Shown: piece by piece, positions 27,796 to 36,757 of the stretch
Numbering within the stretch: the stretch's first letter is position 1
Layout: each line of letters opens with the position of its first letter
DNA from: an uncultured bacterium
GTDB lineage: Bacteria > Verrucomicrobiota > Verrucomicrobiia > Verrucomicrobiales > DEV007
Direction: 5' to 3'
Length of the DNA stretch: 64,000 nucleotides
Assembly (NCBI GenBank): GCA_963977015.1
Contig: CAXBMO010000026.1
Span: 25,784 to 89,783, forward strand
Position numbers and translations under genes: made by a program
Notes under the pieces: model-generated
Seen by the model: only the letters and a program-made list of their open reading frames with translations
Told to the model about the DNA's origin: nothing
Databases searched by the model: none

Positions 27796-29271
27796 TTAGT
27801 TTTGCGATGCGAAGCTCATGATCGCTTCCTGGGAGAAATCTTTGCGGGCGAGCTCGCCGGTGACTTTGCCCTCGTGGAGGACGATGACGCGATCGGACAT
27901 GCCGATGACTTCTTCCATTTCCGAGGAGATCATGAGGACGGCCTTGCCGGATGCGACGAGTTCATTGACCAGCGCGTAGATTTCCGATTTCGCGCCGACG
28001 TCGATGCCTCGGGTGGGCTCGTCGAAGATCACGAGAGTCGGGTGGGTGGCGAGCCACTTGGCAATGATGACTTTCTGCTGGTTGCCGCCGCTGAGATTCT
28101 TGATCTTCTGTTCAAGGTTCGGCGTTTTGATCCGGATTGCGTCTCGGTAGTGTTCGGCGATTTTTCGCTCTTCCTTGTTGTCGACGGTGAAGAACTTGGA
28201 GATGCGCTCAAGCACGGAGATCGTGGTGTTGTCCTTGATGGAACGTTCCAACAGGGCGCCAAGTTTCTTGCGGTCTTCAGGGACGAGGGCAATGCCCTTG
28301 GCGATCGCTTCCTTGGGAAGCCGCGGGTTGATCAGTTTCCCCTCAAGGGTGATCTCGCCCGAGGTTCTTGGTTTGTAGCCGAAGAGAATCTCCGCGAGTT
28401 CCGTGCGGCCCGACCCGATGAGACCAGCCAGACCGAGCACTTCTCCGCGCTTGATGTCGAGACTCACGTTTTTGACGATCTGCCCGGAAACGTTCTCCAG
28501 CCTGAGCAACACCTCGGTGGAGATTTCGTGGCTGCGGGTGGGATAGGTTTCGGTGAGTTCCCTGCCGACCATCAATTTGACGAGCTTATCAAGGTCGGTA
28601 TCGGCCGTGTTTACGGTTTCGATCTTCTGACCATCCCGAAGCACGGTAATGCGGTCGGAGAGTCGGAAGATCTCATCCATGCGGTGGGAGATGTAGACGA
28701 TGGTGACGCCGGCGGCCTTGAGCTTTTCGACCACGGCGTAGAGCGCCTGCGCCTCGGTTTGGGTGAGGGGGGCAGACGGCTCATCCATGATGAGCAGCTT
28801 GGCGTTCTGGGAGATGGCTTTCGCGATCTCGACCAGTTGCTGGTAGCCGACGGTCAGGCGACCGACCAGCGCGGAGGGATCGATGTCGATCTCGAGTTGC
28901 TTGAAGATTTTTGCCGCCTCGTGCTCCATCGCCTTGCGATCAATGACGATGCCTTTGCGGATGGCTCGACCGAGAAAGATGTTCTCCGCGACCGAGAGTT
29001 CGTCGACAAGGTTGAACTCCTGATAGATCACGCCGATCCCCTTCTGTTCCGACAACTTCGGGTTGAGAGAGGTGAACTCTTCTCCCTGGATGATGATCTT
29101 CCCTTCGTCAGGGGTGATCGCACCGGTGCAGGTCTTAATGAGGGTGGATTTTCCCGCGCCGTTTTCGCCGACGAGGGCATGAACTTCGCCCTCGAGAACG
29201 TCGAGGCTGACGTTGTTCAACGCCACGACGCCGGGGTAGGTTTTGGTGATGTTTTGAAGTTGAAGGAACAT
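27796..29271 (-). CDS. Sugar/polyol ABC transporter ATPase (RbsA-like, tandem NBDs)
   Basis: GENGAGKST, MDEPSA, LSGGNQQKV, DEPTRGIDVGAK. Confidence 0.93.
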   Translation of the reverse strand: MFLQLQNITKTYPGVVALNNVSLDVLEGEVHALVGENGAGKSTLIKTCTGAITPDEGKIIIQGEEFTSLNPKLSEQKGIGVIYQEFNLVDELSVAENIFLGRAIRKGIVIDRKAMEHEAAKIFKQLEIDIDPSALVGRLTVGYQQLVEIAKAISQNAKLLIMDEPSAPLTQTEAQALYAVVEKLKAAGVTIVYISHRMDEIFRLSDRITVLRDGQKIETVNTADTDLDKLVKLMVGRELTETYPTRSHEISTEVLLRLENVSGQIVKNVSLDIKRGEVLGLAGLIGSGRTELAEILFGYKPRTSGEITLEGKLINPRLPKEAIAKGIALVPEDRKKLGALLERSIKDNTTISVLERISKFFTVDNKEERKIAEHYRDAIRIKTPNLEQKIKNLSGGNQQKVIIAKWLATHPTLVIFDEPTRGIDVGAKSEIYALVNELVASGKAVLMISSEMEEVIGMSDRVIVLHEGKVTGELARKDFSQEAIMSFASQN

Positions 29272-29293
29272 GGGGATGGGGCTTTCGAGGAGG

Positions 29294-30238
29294 TTATTTG
29301 GTGTAGTATTGGTCGACGTTTTCCGACGTGACCGGGATCAGCTTGCGGAAGACTTTGGCGGGGAGCTCTTCTCCCGCGTTGAGCTTCTGTGCGAAGCCGA
29401 AGACGGTTTTGGCGACATCCTGATCCGTCCCGGTGACGATGACGCTCATTTTGATGGCGCCGCCGTTTTTGATGGCGTCGAGCTCGGGCTTTGTGGCGTC
29501 GACGGCGAAGATTCCGAAGTCGTCCGCGTCCTTGCCTGCCGCCTTTGCGGCTTCGTTGGCGCCAACGGATCCACCGCCACCAATGCAGGCGACGACTTTC
29601 ACATCAGGATTGGACTGGAAAATGGTTTCCATCTTCGAAATGCCTTCCTGAGGATTGATGGCGCTGGTCTCGGCGACGATTTTTGCATTGGGAGCGAGCT
29701 CGGTGATGGCGTCACGGATGCCATTTCCACGAGCGAGGAGAACGGGAAGTTGGGGGTAGTTGAGGATGGCAACTTCCGCAGTTCCGCCGTGTTGTTCCTT
29801 GATGAAGGTCGCAGCTTCGGAGCCGACCTTGTGGCCGAGATCGTAGTTGTTGATCAGCCAGCGGACGTCGGCGTTCTCGATGTCGTCATCCCAAGAGATG
29901 ATTTTGACTCCAGCGTTGCGTGCTTCGCGACAAGCGGATTCGATTCCCGCGGGATCCGCGGGGTGGACGATGATGATGTCCATGCCGCGAGAGACGAAGT
30001 TTTCGATCTGCATGATCTGCTTCGAGACGTTGCTCTCACAGGCGATGAAGTTCATTTTGGCGCCGTTGGCCTCTGCTTCCTTCTTGATGGCGTTGCAGTA
30101 GCCCGACCAGGTCGGATTGCTGAGGTCTTGGACGGTCATGCCAATCTTTAATTGATCGCCGCCTCCATCGTCGCGATTGCAGGAGGTGATGGTGAAGCTG
30201 GCGAGAATGGCAATGCTTGTGAGGATAAGGTTTTTCAT
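29294..30238 (-). CDS. Sugar/polyol ABC substrate-binding lipoprotein (RbsB-like)
   Basis: Lipobox ITSC; IGMTVQDLSNP, QIENFVSRGMDIII periplasmic-binding-protein type 1 pattern. Confidence 0.88.
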   Translation of the reverse strand: MKNLILTSIAILASFTITSCNRDDGGGDQLKIGMTVQDLSNPTWSGYCNAIKKEAEANGAKMNFIACESNVSKQIMQIENFVSRGMDIIIVHPADPAGIESACREARNAGVKIISWDDDIENADVRWLINNYDLGHKVGSEAATFIKEQHGGTAEVAILNYPQLPVLLARGNGIRDAITELAPNAKIVAETSAINPQEGISKMETIFQSNPDVKVVACIGGGGSVGANEAAKAAGKDADDFGIFAVDATKPELDAIKNGGAIKMSVIVTGTDQDVAKTVFGFAQKLNAGEELPAKVFRKLIPVTSENVDQYYTK

Positions 30239-30244
30239 CGTAAT

Positions 30245-31171
30245 TTATGAGGTTGTGAGGATTGGTTTGAATGGAGTTTTTTCGGATAGGTGGGTGGGGA
30301 GTTTCGGGGTGGGGCCATGTTGCGAGCACACAGATGCGGCGACGCGGTTGGCGAACATATTGATTTCGGAAAGCGGCCAATCGGAAAGAAGGCCGACGCA
30401 AAACGCTGCGGTGAAGGAGTCTCCGGCGCCGACCGAGTCAACGACCTTGAGTGGGCTCACGGGGCATTCGTCACTCTGGTCACGGTCCAGAAGGATGCTG
30501 CCCTTGGCTCCGCGGGTGAACGCGATGAACTTGAGATCGAAGCGGTTGAGGAGCGTGGAGAGTTGATGATTCGTGCTGCCTGACAGGCTGAAGAATTCAG
30601 CGAGGGTGGGAAGCTCTTCGTCGCTGAGTTTAAGGACGTTGGCGAGTTCAAGAGACTCCTCAACGAGAGACTCTGAGTAGAAGGGGGCACGCAAATTGAT
30701 GTCGAGGATCTTGAGCGACTGGGCGGGCATGTGGCGGATGAACGTCCGGATGGATTCCCGCGCCGTCGGAGAGCGTTGTGCCAGGGTGCCAAAGCATGCG
30801 GCGTCGAGTTGGCTCGCGAGTTCTTTGAGCTCGGCGGTGAACGGGATCTGATCCCAAGCCACGTCCGTTTGGATGTCGTAGGTTGGTTTTTGCTGGTGAT
30901 CCAGTGTGACGTTTACCCGACCGGTGGCGAGTCCCGGAAGTTCCGACACGTAGCGGAGATTGGTTCCACGCCTTTGAAGCTCGGCGGAGGTTTGGAGCCC
31001 GAGTTTGTCGGTGCCGATGGAACTTACGAGATAGGAGGTGGCGCCGAGTTGATCACAGTGATACGCGAAATTGGCAGGTGCTCCACCAAGATGGGAGGCG
31101 TTGGGAAAGAGATCCCGAAGGATTTCTCCGATGCCGGCAATCTTAAGATGTCGATGGGAAGTGGAGGTCAT
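30245..31171 (-). CDS. PfkB-family carbohydrate kinase (probable fructokinase)
   Basis: GGAPANFAYH, FGTLAQRS, DINLR, VVDSVGAGDSF. Confidence 0.9.
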   Translation of the reverse strand: MTSTSHRHLKIAGIGEILRDLFPNASHLGGAPANFAYHCDQLGATSYLVSSIGTDKLGLQTSAELQRRGTNLRYVSELPGLATGRVNVTLDHQQKPTYDIQTDVAWDQIPFTAELKELASQLDAACFGTLAQRSPTARESIRTFIRHMPAQSLKILDINLRAPFYSESLVEESLELANVLKLSDEELPTLAEFFSLSGSTNHQLSTLLNRFDLKFIAFTRGAKGSILLDRDQSDECPVSPLKVVDSVGAGDSFTAAFCVGLLSDWPLSEINMFANRVAASVCSQHGPTPKLPTHLSEKTPFKPILTTS

Positions 31172-31286
31172 GAAAAATACATTGAATCTTTGTAAAGATA
31201 AATGTAACTAAATGGACGAATAAATGTAAAGAAAAAAGATTTACAATTAGTTTGTTAGGAGTTTACAAATTGGTTACATTTAAGTC
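31172..31286. promoter_or_regulatory. AT-rich divergent promoter region with six mirror-symmetric TGTAA/TTACA half-sites
   Basis: TGTAA at 31191, 31203, 31225; TTACA at 31241, 31263, 31274; symmetric about ~31235. Confidence 0.7.
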
Positions 31287-32381
31287 ATGAGTGATTCAAA
31301 ACCCAGCTACTTACAAATATATGACGATTTGGAAGGAAAAATTCGCCGTCAGCAAATTCCTGCCGGAGAGATGCTCCCGTCGGATAGCGAGATCAGTCAG
31401 ACCTACGGGGTGTCACGCCCAACGGTTGCGAAAGCCTTGCAGTTGTTGAGCACTGACAAACTGGTTCTGCGGAAACCGGGTTTTGGGACGCAAGTGCTCG
31501 CGACAAGGAAAACTGCGCTGCTGGCGGGGTTGTTGATTCCTCAGTTCTCGGAAACTGAGATCTTTCGTCCGATTTGCGCGAGCTTGGCCGAGACTGCGGG
31601 AAAGGAGGGGATGCGGGTCGTTCGTCCGACTGATCTGAACGAGGTGGACGACTTGAAGAAGCGGACCGAATCGCTCGCGGAGGAACTGATTGAGGCGCGG
31701 GTGCGTGGCGTGTTCTTTGCGCCGACCGAGCATGTGGAGGAACCCGAGAAATTCAACTTGGAGATTATCGAGCGTTTTCATGCCGAGGGCATTCAGATCG
31801 TGCTTTTGGACCGGGATGTTCACCGTTGGCCGCGACAGACGCCGCATGAGTTGATCAGCATCGACAACGTGCAGGCGGGGTGCGTGGTTGCGGACCATCT
31901 GCTGGACCAGGGCTGCGAGCATTTGGCGTTTGTGAGCAAGGACAATCCGGCGACAACGGTTCAGCTTCGTCGCATGGGCTGTCGCGAGGCGCTGATTCAG
32001 CGGGGGATGGACCCAAAGAACTTGGAGTTCGTCATCCACGATGCCGAGAATCCTGAGCTGTCCGCCAACGAGTTGCTGGCGAAAGGCGTTGATGGGGTCG
32101 TCTGTGCGAACGACGCCACCGCGAGCACGTTTTTGCGCGGGCTCTTGGATCTTGGAGCAAAGGTTCCGCAGGACGTTAAAGTCTGCGGCTTTGACAATGT
32201 GACCTATGCGGCATTGCTCAGTGTGCCGCTGACGAGCTACCAGCAGCCTTGTCATGACATCGGCCGAATCGCGGCGGAGGCGATGGTACGGAGAATCACC
32301 GCACCGGACTCGCCATTCCTGCGGATCACGCTTCAAGGTGAGTTGATCGTTCGCGAGTCTTCCGTTGGCGGGAAGGAATGA
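31287..32381 (+). CDS. AraR-type regulator (GntR HTH + LacI-type effector domain)
   Basis: YLQIYDDL...GEMLPSDSEI...VSRPTVAKAL...GFGTQV, then IDNVQAG, VVCAND, KVPQDVKVCGFD, LIVRESS. Confidence 0.9.
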   Translation: MSDSKPSYLQIYDDLEGKIRRQQIPAGEMLPSDSEISQTYGVSRPTVAKALQLLSTDKLVLRKPGFGTQVLATRKTALLAGLLIPQFSETEIFRPICASLAETAGKEGMRVVRPTDLNEVDDLKKRTESLAEELIEARVRGVFFAPTEHVEEPEKFNLEIIERFHAEGIQIVLLDRDVHRWPRQTPHELISIDNVQAGCVVADHLLDQGCEHLAFVSKDNPATTVQLRRMGCREALIQRGMDPKNLEFVIHDAENPELSANELLAKGVDGVVCANDATASTFLRGLLDLGAKVPQDVKVCGFDNVTYAALLSVPLTSYQQPCHDIGRIAAEAMVRRITAPDSPFLRITLQGELIVRESSVGGKE

Positions 32382-32534
32382 CGAGCGGCATGGATCAATG
32401 TTAGGAAGCTGCTGCCAGAAAGCGGTTGAGCGCATCCGTGGCTGCCATACTGTCAGGGACTCATCAATCCAAGAGTATCCTGCGATTCCTCATCGGTTGA
32501 ATCCTTCCCATCAAGCAACCGGACTCTCCAGCTT

Positions 32535-33290
32535 ATGAAATTCCAAGGCAAGACAGCAGTCGTCACCGGTGGTAGCCGCGATATTGGACGCGCGGTATCG
32601 GTCAAACTCGCCCGTGAAGGCGCGAATGTCGTAGTCAACTACTTCAACAACGAAGCAGATGCCGATGCGACCCTCGCAGAAATCGAAGCGGCCGGCGGCG
32701 GCAGGGCGATCAAGTTCAAGGGGGATGTGACCAAGGCGGCAGAAGTTGATGCGCTGGTCTCGGCGGCGCAGGACGCATTTGGCGACGCCATCCACATCCT
32801 CGTCAATGTTGCCGGAGGGTTGGTCGGTCGCAAAACGCTGGAGGAGATGGACGAGGAGTTCTTTAACCGGGTGATGCAGCTCAATGTGACATCGACCTTC
32901 CTCGCGACGAAGGCGGTGGCGCCGCACATGCCCGAAGGTGGTGCAATTGTGAACCTGGCCTCGCAGGCGGGCCGTGACGGTGGCGGTCCGGGAGCCAGCG
33001 CGTATGCGACGGCCAAGGGCGCGTTGATGACCTTTACCCGCAGCATGGCCAGGGAACTGGGACCCAAGGGGATTCGCGTCAATTCGCTTTGTCCCGGGAT
33101 GATCGCGACGACGTTTCACGACAAATTTACCAAGGATGCGGTGCGCGAAACCGTCGCCGCCTCGACCCCCTTGCGCCGCCAGGGCAGCGCCGAGGAAACC
33201 GCCGATGCCGTGGCCTATCTCGCGTCTGACGAGGCCTCCTTCATCACGGGCGTGAATCTGGACATCAATGGTGGGATGGCCTTCTCCTGA
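32535..33290 (+). CDS. Short-chain dehydrogenase/reductase, DEH (alginate monomer) reductase-like
   Basis: TGGSRDIG, NVAGGLVGRK, SQAGRDGGGPGASAYATAKG, PGMIATTFH; motifs resemble characterised DEH reductases (from memory). Confidence 0.8.
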   Translation: MKFQGKTAVVTGGSRDIGRAVSVKLAREGANVVVNYFNNEADADATLAEIEAAGGGRAIKFKGDVTKAAEVDALVSAAQDAFGDAIHILVNVAGGLVGRKTLEEMDEEFFNRVMQLNVTSTFLATKAVAPHMPEGGAIVNLASQAGRDGGGPGASAYATAKGALMTFTRSMARELGPKGIRVNSLCPGMIATTFHDKFTKDAVRETVAASTPLRRQGSAEETADAVAYLASDEASFITGVNLDINGGMAFS

Positions 33291-33379
33291 TGCCGGGCAG
33301 CATGACATGATCAAGCGTGCGCGATGATTCAATTGGGAAGATCGCGTCGCCCCGGTTCCCATGTTCTCAGGTTACCGTC

Positions 33380-35500
33380 TCACAAATCGAACTTGATCAG
33401 CCCCTGGCGGCCAGCGGGGATCAGGACATGTCCGTCCCCGATGAAAGCCAGATCGGGGGTGCCTTGAACTTTGAACTTCTGAACGAGCTTCGGCGTTTTC
33501 AAATCGCTGATGTCGAGAACGGTGACGTCCCCGTCGATGCGATTGCAGGTGACCAGGGTGTTTCCCCGAACTGTGGGTTTGCCGTAAAAGGAGGGGCCAT
33601 TGGGAATCCGGTAGACCGGTGTTTCGAAATCGTATTCGCCATCGCGAAGCGGCTTGTAGATGGAGTATCCCCCCTTGCGCGTGAGCAAGGCATAGTCGCC
33701 GCAGGCCGCATAGCCGCCCCTGCTCATGTCAGGCAATAGGCCGAGCGGGTCCGGCAGTTCAACCGGCTCGTCCTCACTCAGATCGGACATGAAGGTGCGA
33801 CCGGCACACCAGGTCCCGCAAATCAGCCCATCGCCGATGAATCCGTTACAAAGTTGACGGTAATACACCAAGCCGCCCCAACCGCGAATCTGTTTCGTCC
33901 GCTGGAGTTCGTCCCAGTTGGAGACATCCAGGATTTCGTAACCTCCCCCTCCAGCATGAACGACCGCGTAACGGCCATTTGGCGCAACTCGCACCTGCCG
34001 GATCGCCCGGTTGGTCTCATAGGACGTCACTTTCTTCAGCGCCGGGCCGTCTACTTTATAACAAACCAGGCCTTCCGAGCCCTGGGCGGCATACAGTTTC
34101 TCTCCCGACATTTGAACGTCCATGGCGAATCCCGTGGTCGGATGCTTTTGAAGAAGGCCCAGGTCCTGATCCAGAACATGGATTCCGTCTGAACCGCAGG
34201 CGGCGTAAATCAATCCGTTCTCTTCCACCGCCGCGTAGACCTGCCCGCCCGGCCGATAGCTGGCCAGGTTCTTTAGCCCGAATGGCTCCAACGAGGCAAA
34301 GTCATGGAAATCGCCACTCGCTTTCAGTTCTCCGGCATCGGCGTTTCCCTGCGAAATCGCCTGAGCCAGGTCGTCGTTCTTGAAGAGATGCAGATCCGTG
34401 AACAAGCCCGTGAAATACAGATAGCCATCGACGGCTTCCAATCCGCACACCGGACTGTAACAAACTTCAGCCGGGTCGAAGGGGAGAATCTTGGGCCGGG
34501 TCCCGGATTTGTCCTCGGTTTTGAGTTTGTGATACCCTTTCTCTCCCGGATAGCGGGGAATGCGAATTTGCGCCAGTTCCTTCGGCCGCTTTGGATCGGA
34601 AACGTCGAGGATGAACACTCCGTTGTGCGTGTGATAGAGATAAGCGTAAGGGAAGGAGAGTTTGACCCGCCACGTATCCGGCCAGCTGTAGTAATACCGC
34701 CAGGCGAACTGGACGCGGGACAACTGTTTTGGCTCAGCGGGATTGGAAACGTCGTAAATGTCCATGCCGTTGCCGCTTCCGTATCGAGGGTCGTCCAGCG
34801 AAAGCTCCGCGCCCGGCTGATGATGACCGTAGGCCGCGTAAAGAATTCCGTTCTCCACCCACAAACCATCGCCCCGGCCATTGAGTTCGACCTCGGCGAC
34901 CTGCTTCGGATCGGCAGGATTGCGAACGTCGCAAATCGCCACGCGGCATTCTCCCCACGCGCCGGCATAGAGGAAACCGTCGGAAACCACGCACGATTGC
35001 GCCTCACCGACCCGCACCACGGAAACGTGGCGTAGGTTCGCCGGGTCGGAGACGTCGACAATCTCCACCCCGAACCAGCGTTGGGCGACAAAGGCGAATT
35101 GGCCTTGCACGTCGATCCCGGTCGCGAATTCGATGGAGTCGTAGTGCGAGAGGATTTTTGGCGCCGACTTGTCCGAAACATCGACGACGAACAGGCCGTC
35201 CTCCCGCGCGGTGACGTAGGCGACGTTTCCGCGAACCACAACCTGCCGAAGGTTGCCGACATTCTCCAGTTTTCCCACCACCTCCGGCCGGGCCGGATCC
35301 TTCACCGAGAGAATCACCAGGTTTCGCTGTTGCAGCATAAAGAGGTGCTCCCCCTCGCGGACCACATCCATCCCGGGCCCGACCCCGGCATCAGCCGTCG
35401 GTTGCCGTTCGTTCTCGAACTGGAGGGTAACCGGGTTCAGCGCTTCGTCCGCGACGGTTGCAGACACAAACAACAGGGTGAGGAAAATAGTCAGTCTCAT
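33380..35500 (-). CDS. Secreted LVIVD-repeat protein
   Basis: Signal peptide; repeated GLFVVDVSD / [10 protein letters not shown] / [10 protein letters not shown] / [10 protein letters not shown] units. Confidence 0.8.
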   Translation of the reverse strand: MRLTIFLTLLFVSATVADEALNPVTLQFENERQPTADAGVGPGMDVVREGEHLFMLQQRNLVILSVKDPARPEVVGKLENVGNLRQVVVRGNVAYVTAREDGLFVVDVSDKSAPKILSHYDSIEFATGIDVQGQFAFVAQRWFGVEIVDVSDPANLRHVSVVRVGEAQSCVVSDGFLYAGAWGECRVAICDVRNPADPKQVAEVELNGRGDGLWVENGILYAAYGHHQPGAELSLDDPRYGSGNGMDIYDVSNPAEPKQLSRVQFAWRYYYSWPDTWRVKLSFPYAYLYHTHNGVFILDVSDPKRPKELAQIRIPRYPGEKGYHKLKTEDKSGTRPKILPFDPAEVCYSPVCGLEAVDGYLYFTGLFTDLHLFKNDDLAQAISQGNADAGELKASGDFHDFASLEPFGLKNLASYRPGGQVYAAVEENGLIYAACGSDGIHVLDQDLGLLQKHPTTGFAMDVQMSGEKLYAAQGSEGLVCYKVDGPALKKVTSYETNRAIRQVRVAPNGRYAVVHAGGGGYEILDVSNWDELQRTKQIRGWGGLVYYRQLCNGFIGDGLICGTWCAGRTFMSDLSEDEPVELPDPLGLLPDMSRGGYAACGDYALLTRKGGYSIYKPLRDGEYDFETPVYRIPNGPSFYGKPTVRGNTLVTCNRIDGDVTVLDISDLKTPKLVQKFKVQGTPDLAFIGDGHVLIPAGRQGLIKFDL

Positions 35501-35589
35501 GGGGTTTGGGATGAGAAGGGATTGGGGCAGGCGTATTTGTTGTCAACCCGCGATGCACGACGGCGGTTGGGGAACCGGGCAGGAGGATC

Positions 35590-35886
35590 CTAATTCGAGG
35601 CCGTGATGCTGAAGAGAGAGGCGAAGTAGATGGCGCCGACCAAGACGAGGGAAAGCACGAAAACGGCGGTGAAGGGGCAACCTTGTTTGGAGGCGGAGAG
35701 GGCGGCGTATTTCTCCGGATCCTGCTCCTTCAGTTGGACGATGAGGGCCTCGACGAACTGTTTGGCGGCGAGAAGGTCTTTGCCCGTCGCTTCCCGGTAG
35801 ATCCTGATCGCTTCAATCTTCTGACCGGCGGCGAGGGCGTCACCGATTTGCGCGATTTGTTCGGTCGTGGGCTCCTGGTTGGACAT
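35590..35886 (-). CDS. Small protein with an L7/L12 C-terminal-like domain and C-terminal TM anchor
   Basis: GQKIEAIRIYREATGKDLLAAKQFVE followed by a hydrophobic tail. Confidence 0.7.
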   Translation of the reverse strand: MSNQEPTTEQIAQIGDALAAGQKIEAIRIYREATGKDLLAAKQFVEALIVQLKEQDPEKYAALSASKQGCPFTAVFVLSLVLVGAIYFASLFSITASN

Positions 35887-35990
35887 GGCTGAGCCAAAAA
35901 CGTAGGGCGCCCAGCAGATTGGTCAACCGGAATAGGAGAGGGGGCGAGAGCGGAGGATCACGCGTTTGTCCTGACCTGTGACGATCTCGG

Positions 35991-36152
35991 CTATTCCTGC
36001 GTTGGTTCTTTGGTCCGTAGTGCGTCGCTCTTCTTTTCGCGCTCTTCGGCTTCGTCGGTTCGCGATTTGCCCGCAAAATAGGGGTAGGCGAGCATGGCGG
36101 CGAGGAGAATGACGACGAGAAGAGCGGTGAGGAAGAATTCGAGGAAAGACAT
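35991..36152 (-). CDS. Small single-TM hypothetical protein
   Basis: MSFLEFFLTALLVVILLAAMLAY plus charged tail; co-oriented with the adjacent small gene. Confidence 0.5.
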   Translation of the reverse strand: MSFLEFFLTALLVVILLAAMLAYPYFAGKSRTDEAEEREKKSDALRTKEPTQE

Positions 36153-36757
36153 GGGTGAAAGGGGCTGGTTGAGCAATTGAGAGGCTGCCAGGACAGTGTG
36201 TGATCAACGCCTGGTTGCCTCTAATTCGCCTCTCGACCGGGAAAGGATACGGAGAGTTTCGCGGAGGCGCGATCGGGCTCTCAGCCCATAACATCACGAT
36301 AATTCCATTAATCTGAGGTAATTCCCCATTTCTCTGTTATACTGATAGTCTTATTACTAAGAAACCTGACTACTTAAGAGAGGGACTCCTGGCATTTCTC
36401 CAGGAGGGACCGAAAAATCTCGACGAATGCGTTGAGGAAGCCGGAAACGTGTTGAAGCGAAATGGATTCAAGGGCTCGCACAACTCTGATGATTTCCGCA
36501 TGCGCGTATGTGACAAGCTCAACCAGCTGACTGCGGTTGGGCAGGTAACGAAGGATCGCTCGGTAAAACCTCCTCTGTTTTTGGCGAACTAGATTCGTTG
36601 ATGAGCCGCGGATTGCGGGTTCCGGCGCTCGAGATTGAGCAAAACGCGGGACCCAGGCTTTTCGAAGGTAGCTTCGTGCCCGGATTTCTGAGAAAAGGAT
36701 TCCCTTGTCACTTGTTTCCTGATTGAATGGCAGGGCTTGCGCCAAACCCTCGTTCCC

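Noticed and set aside
18759-29331. Long antisense ORFs (e.g. 18759-20195, 20335-21993, 27769-29331; also 36815-38212, 50355-51623, 60140-61477)
   Set aside because: Shadow frames opposite well-supported genes, expected in GC-rich DNA; no recognisable motifs.
35590-35886. Ribosomal protein L7/L12 (rplL)
   Set aside because: Only a short C-terminal-like motif plus a TM tail; lacks the N-terminal dimerisation domain and the rplJ/rpoB context.
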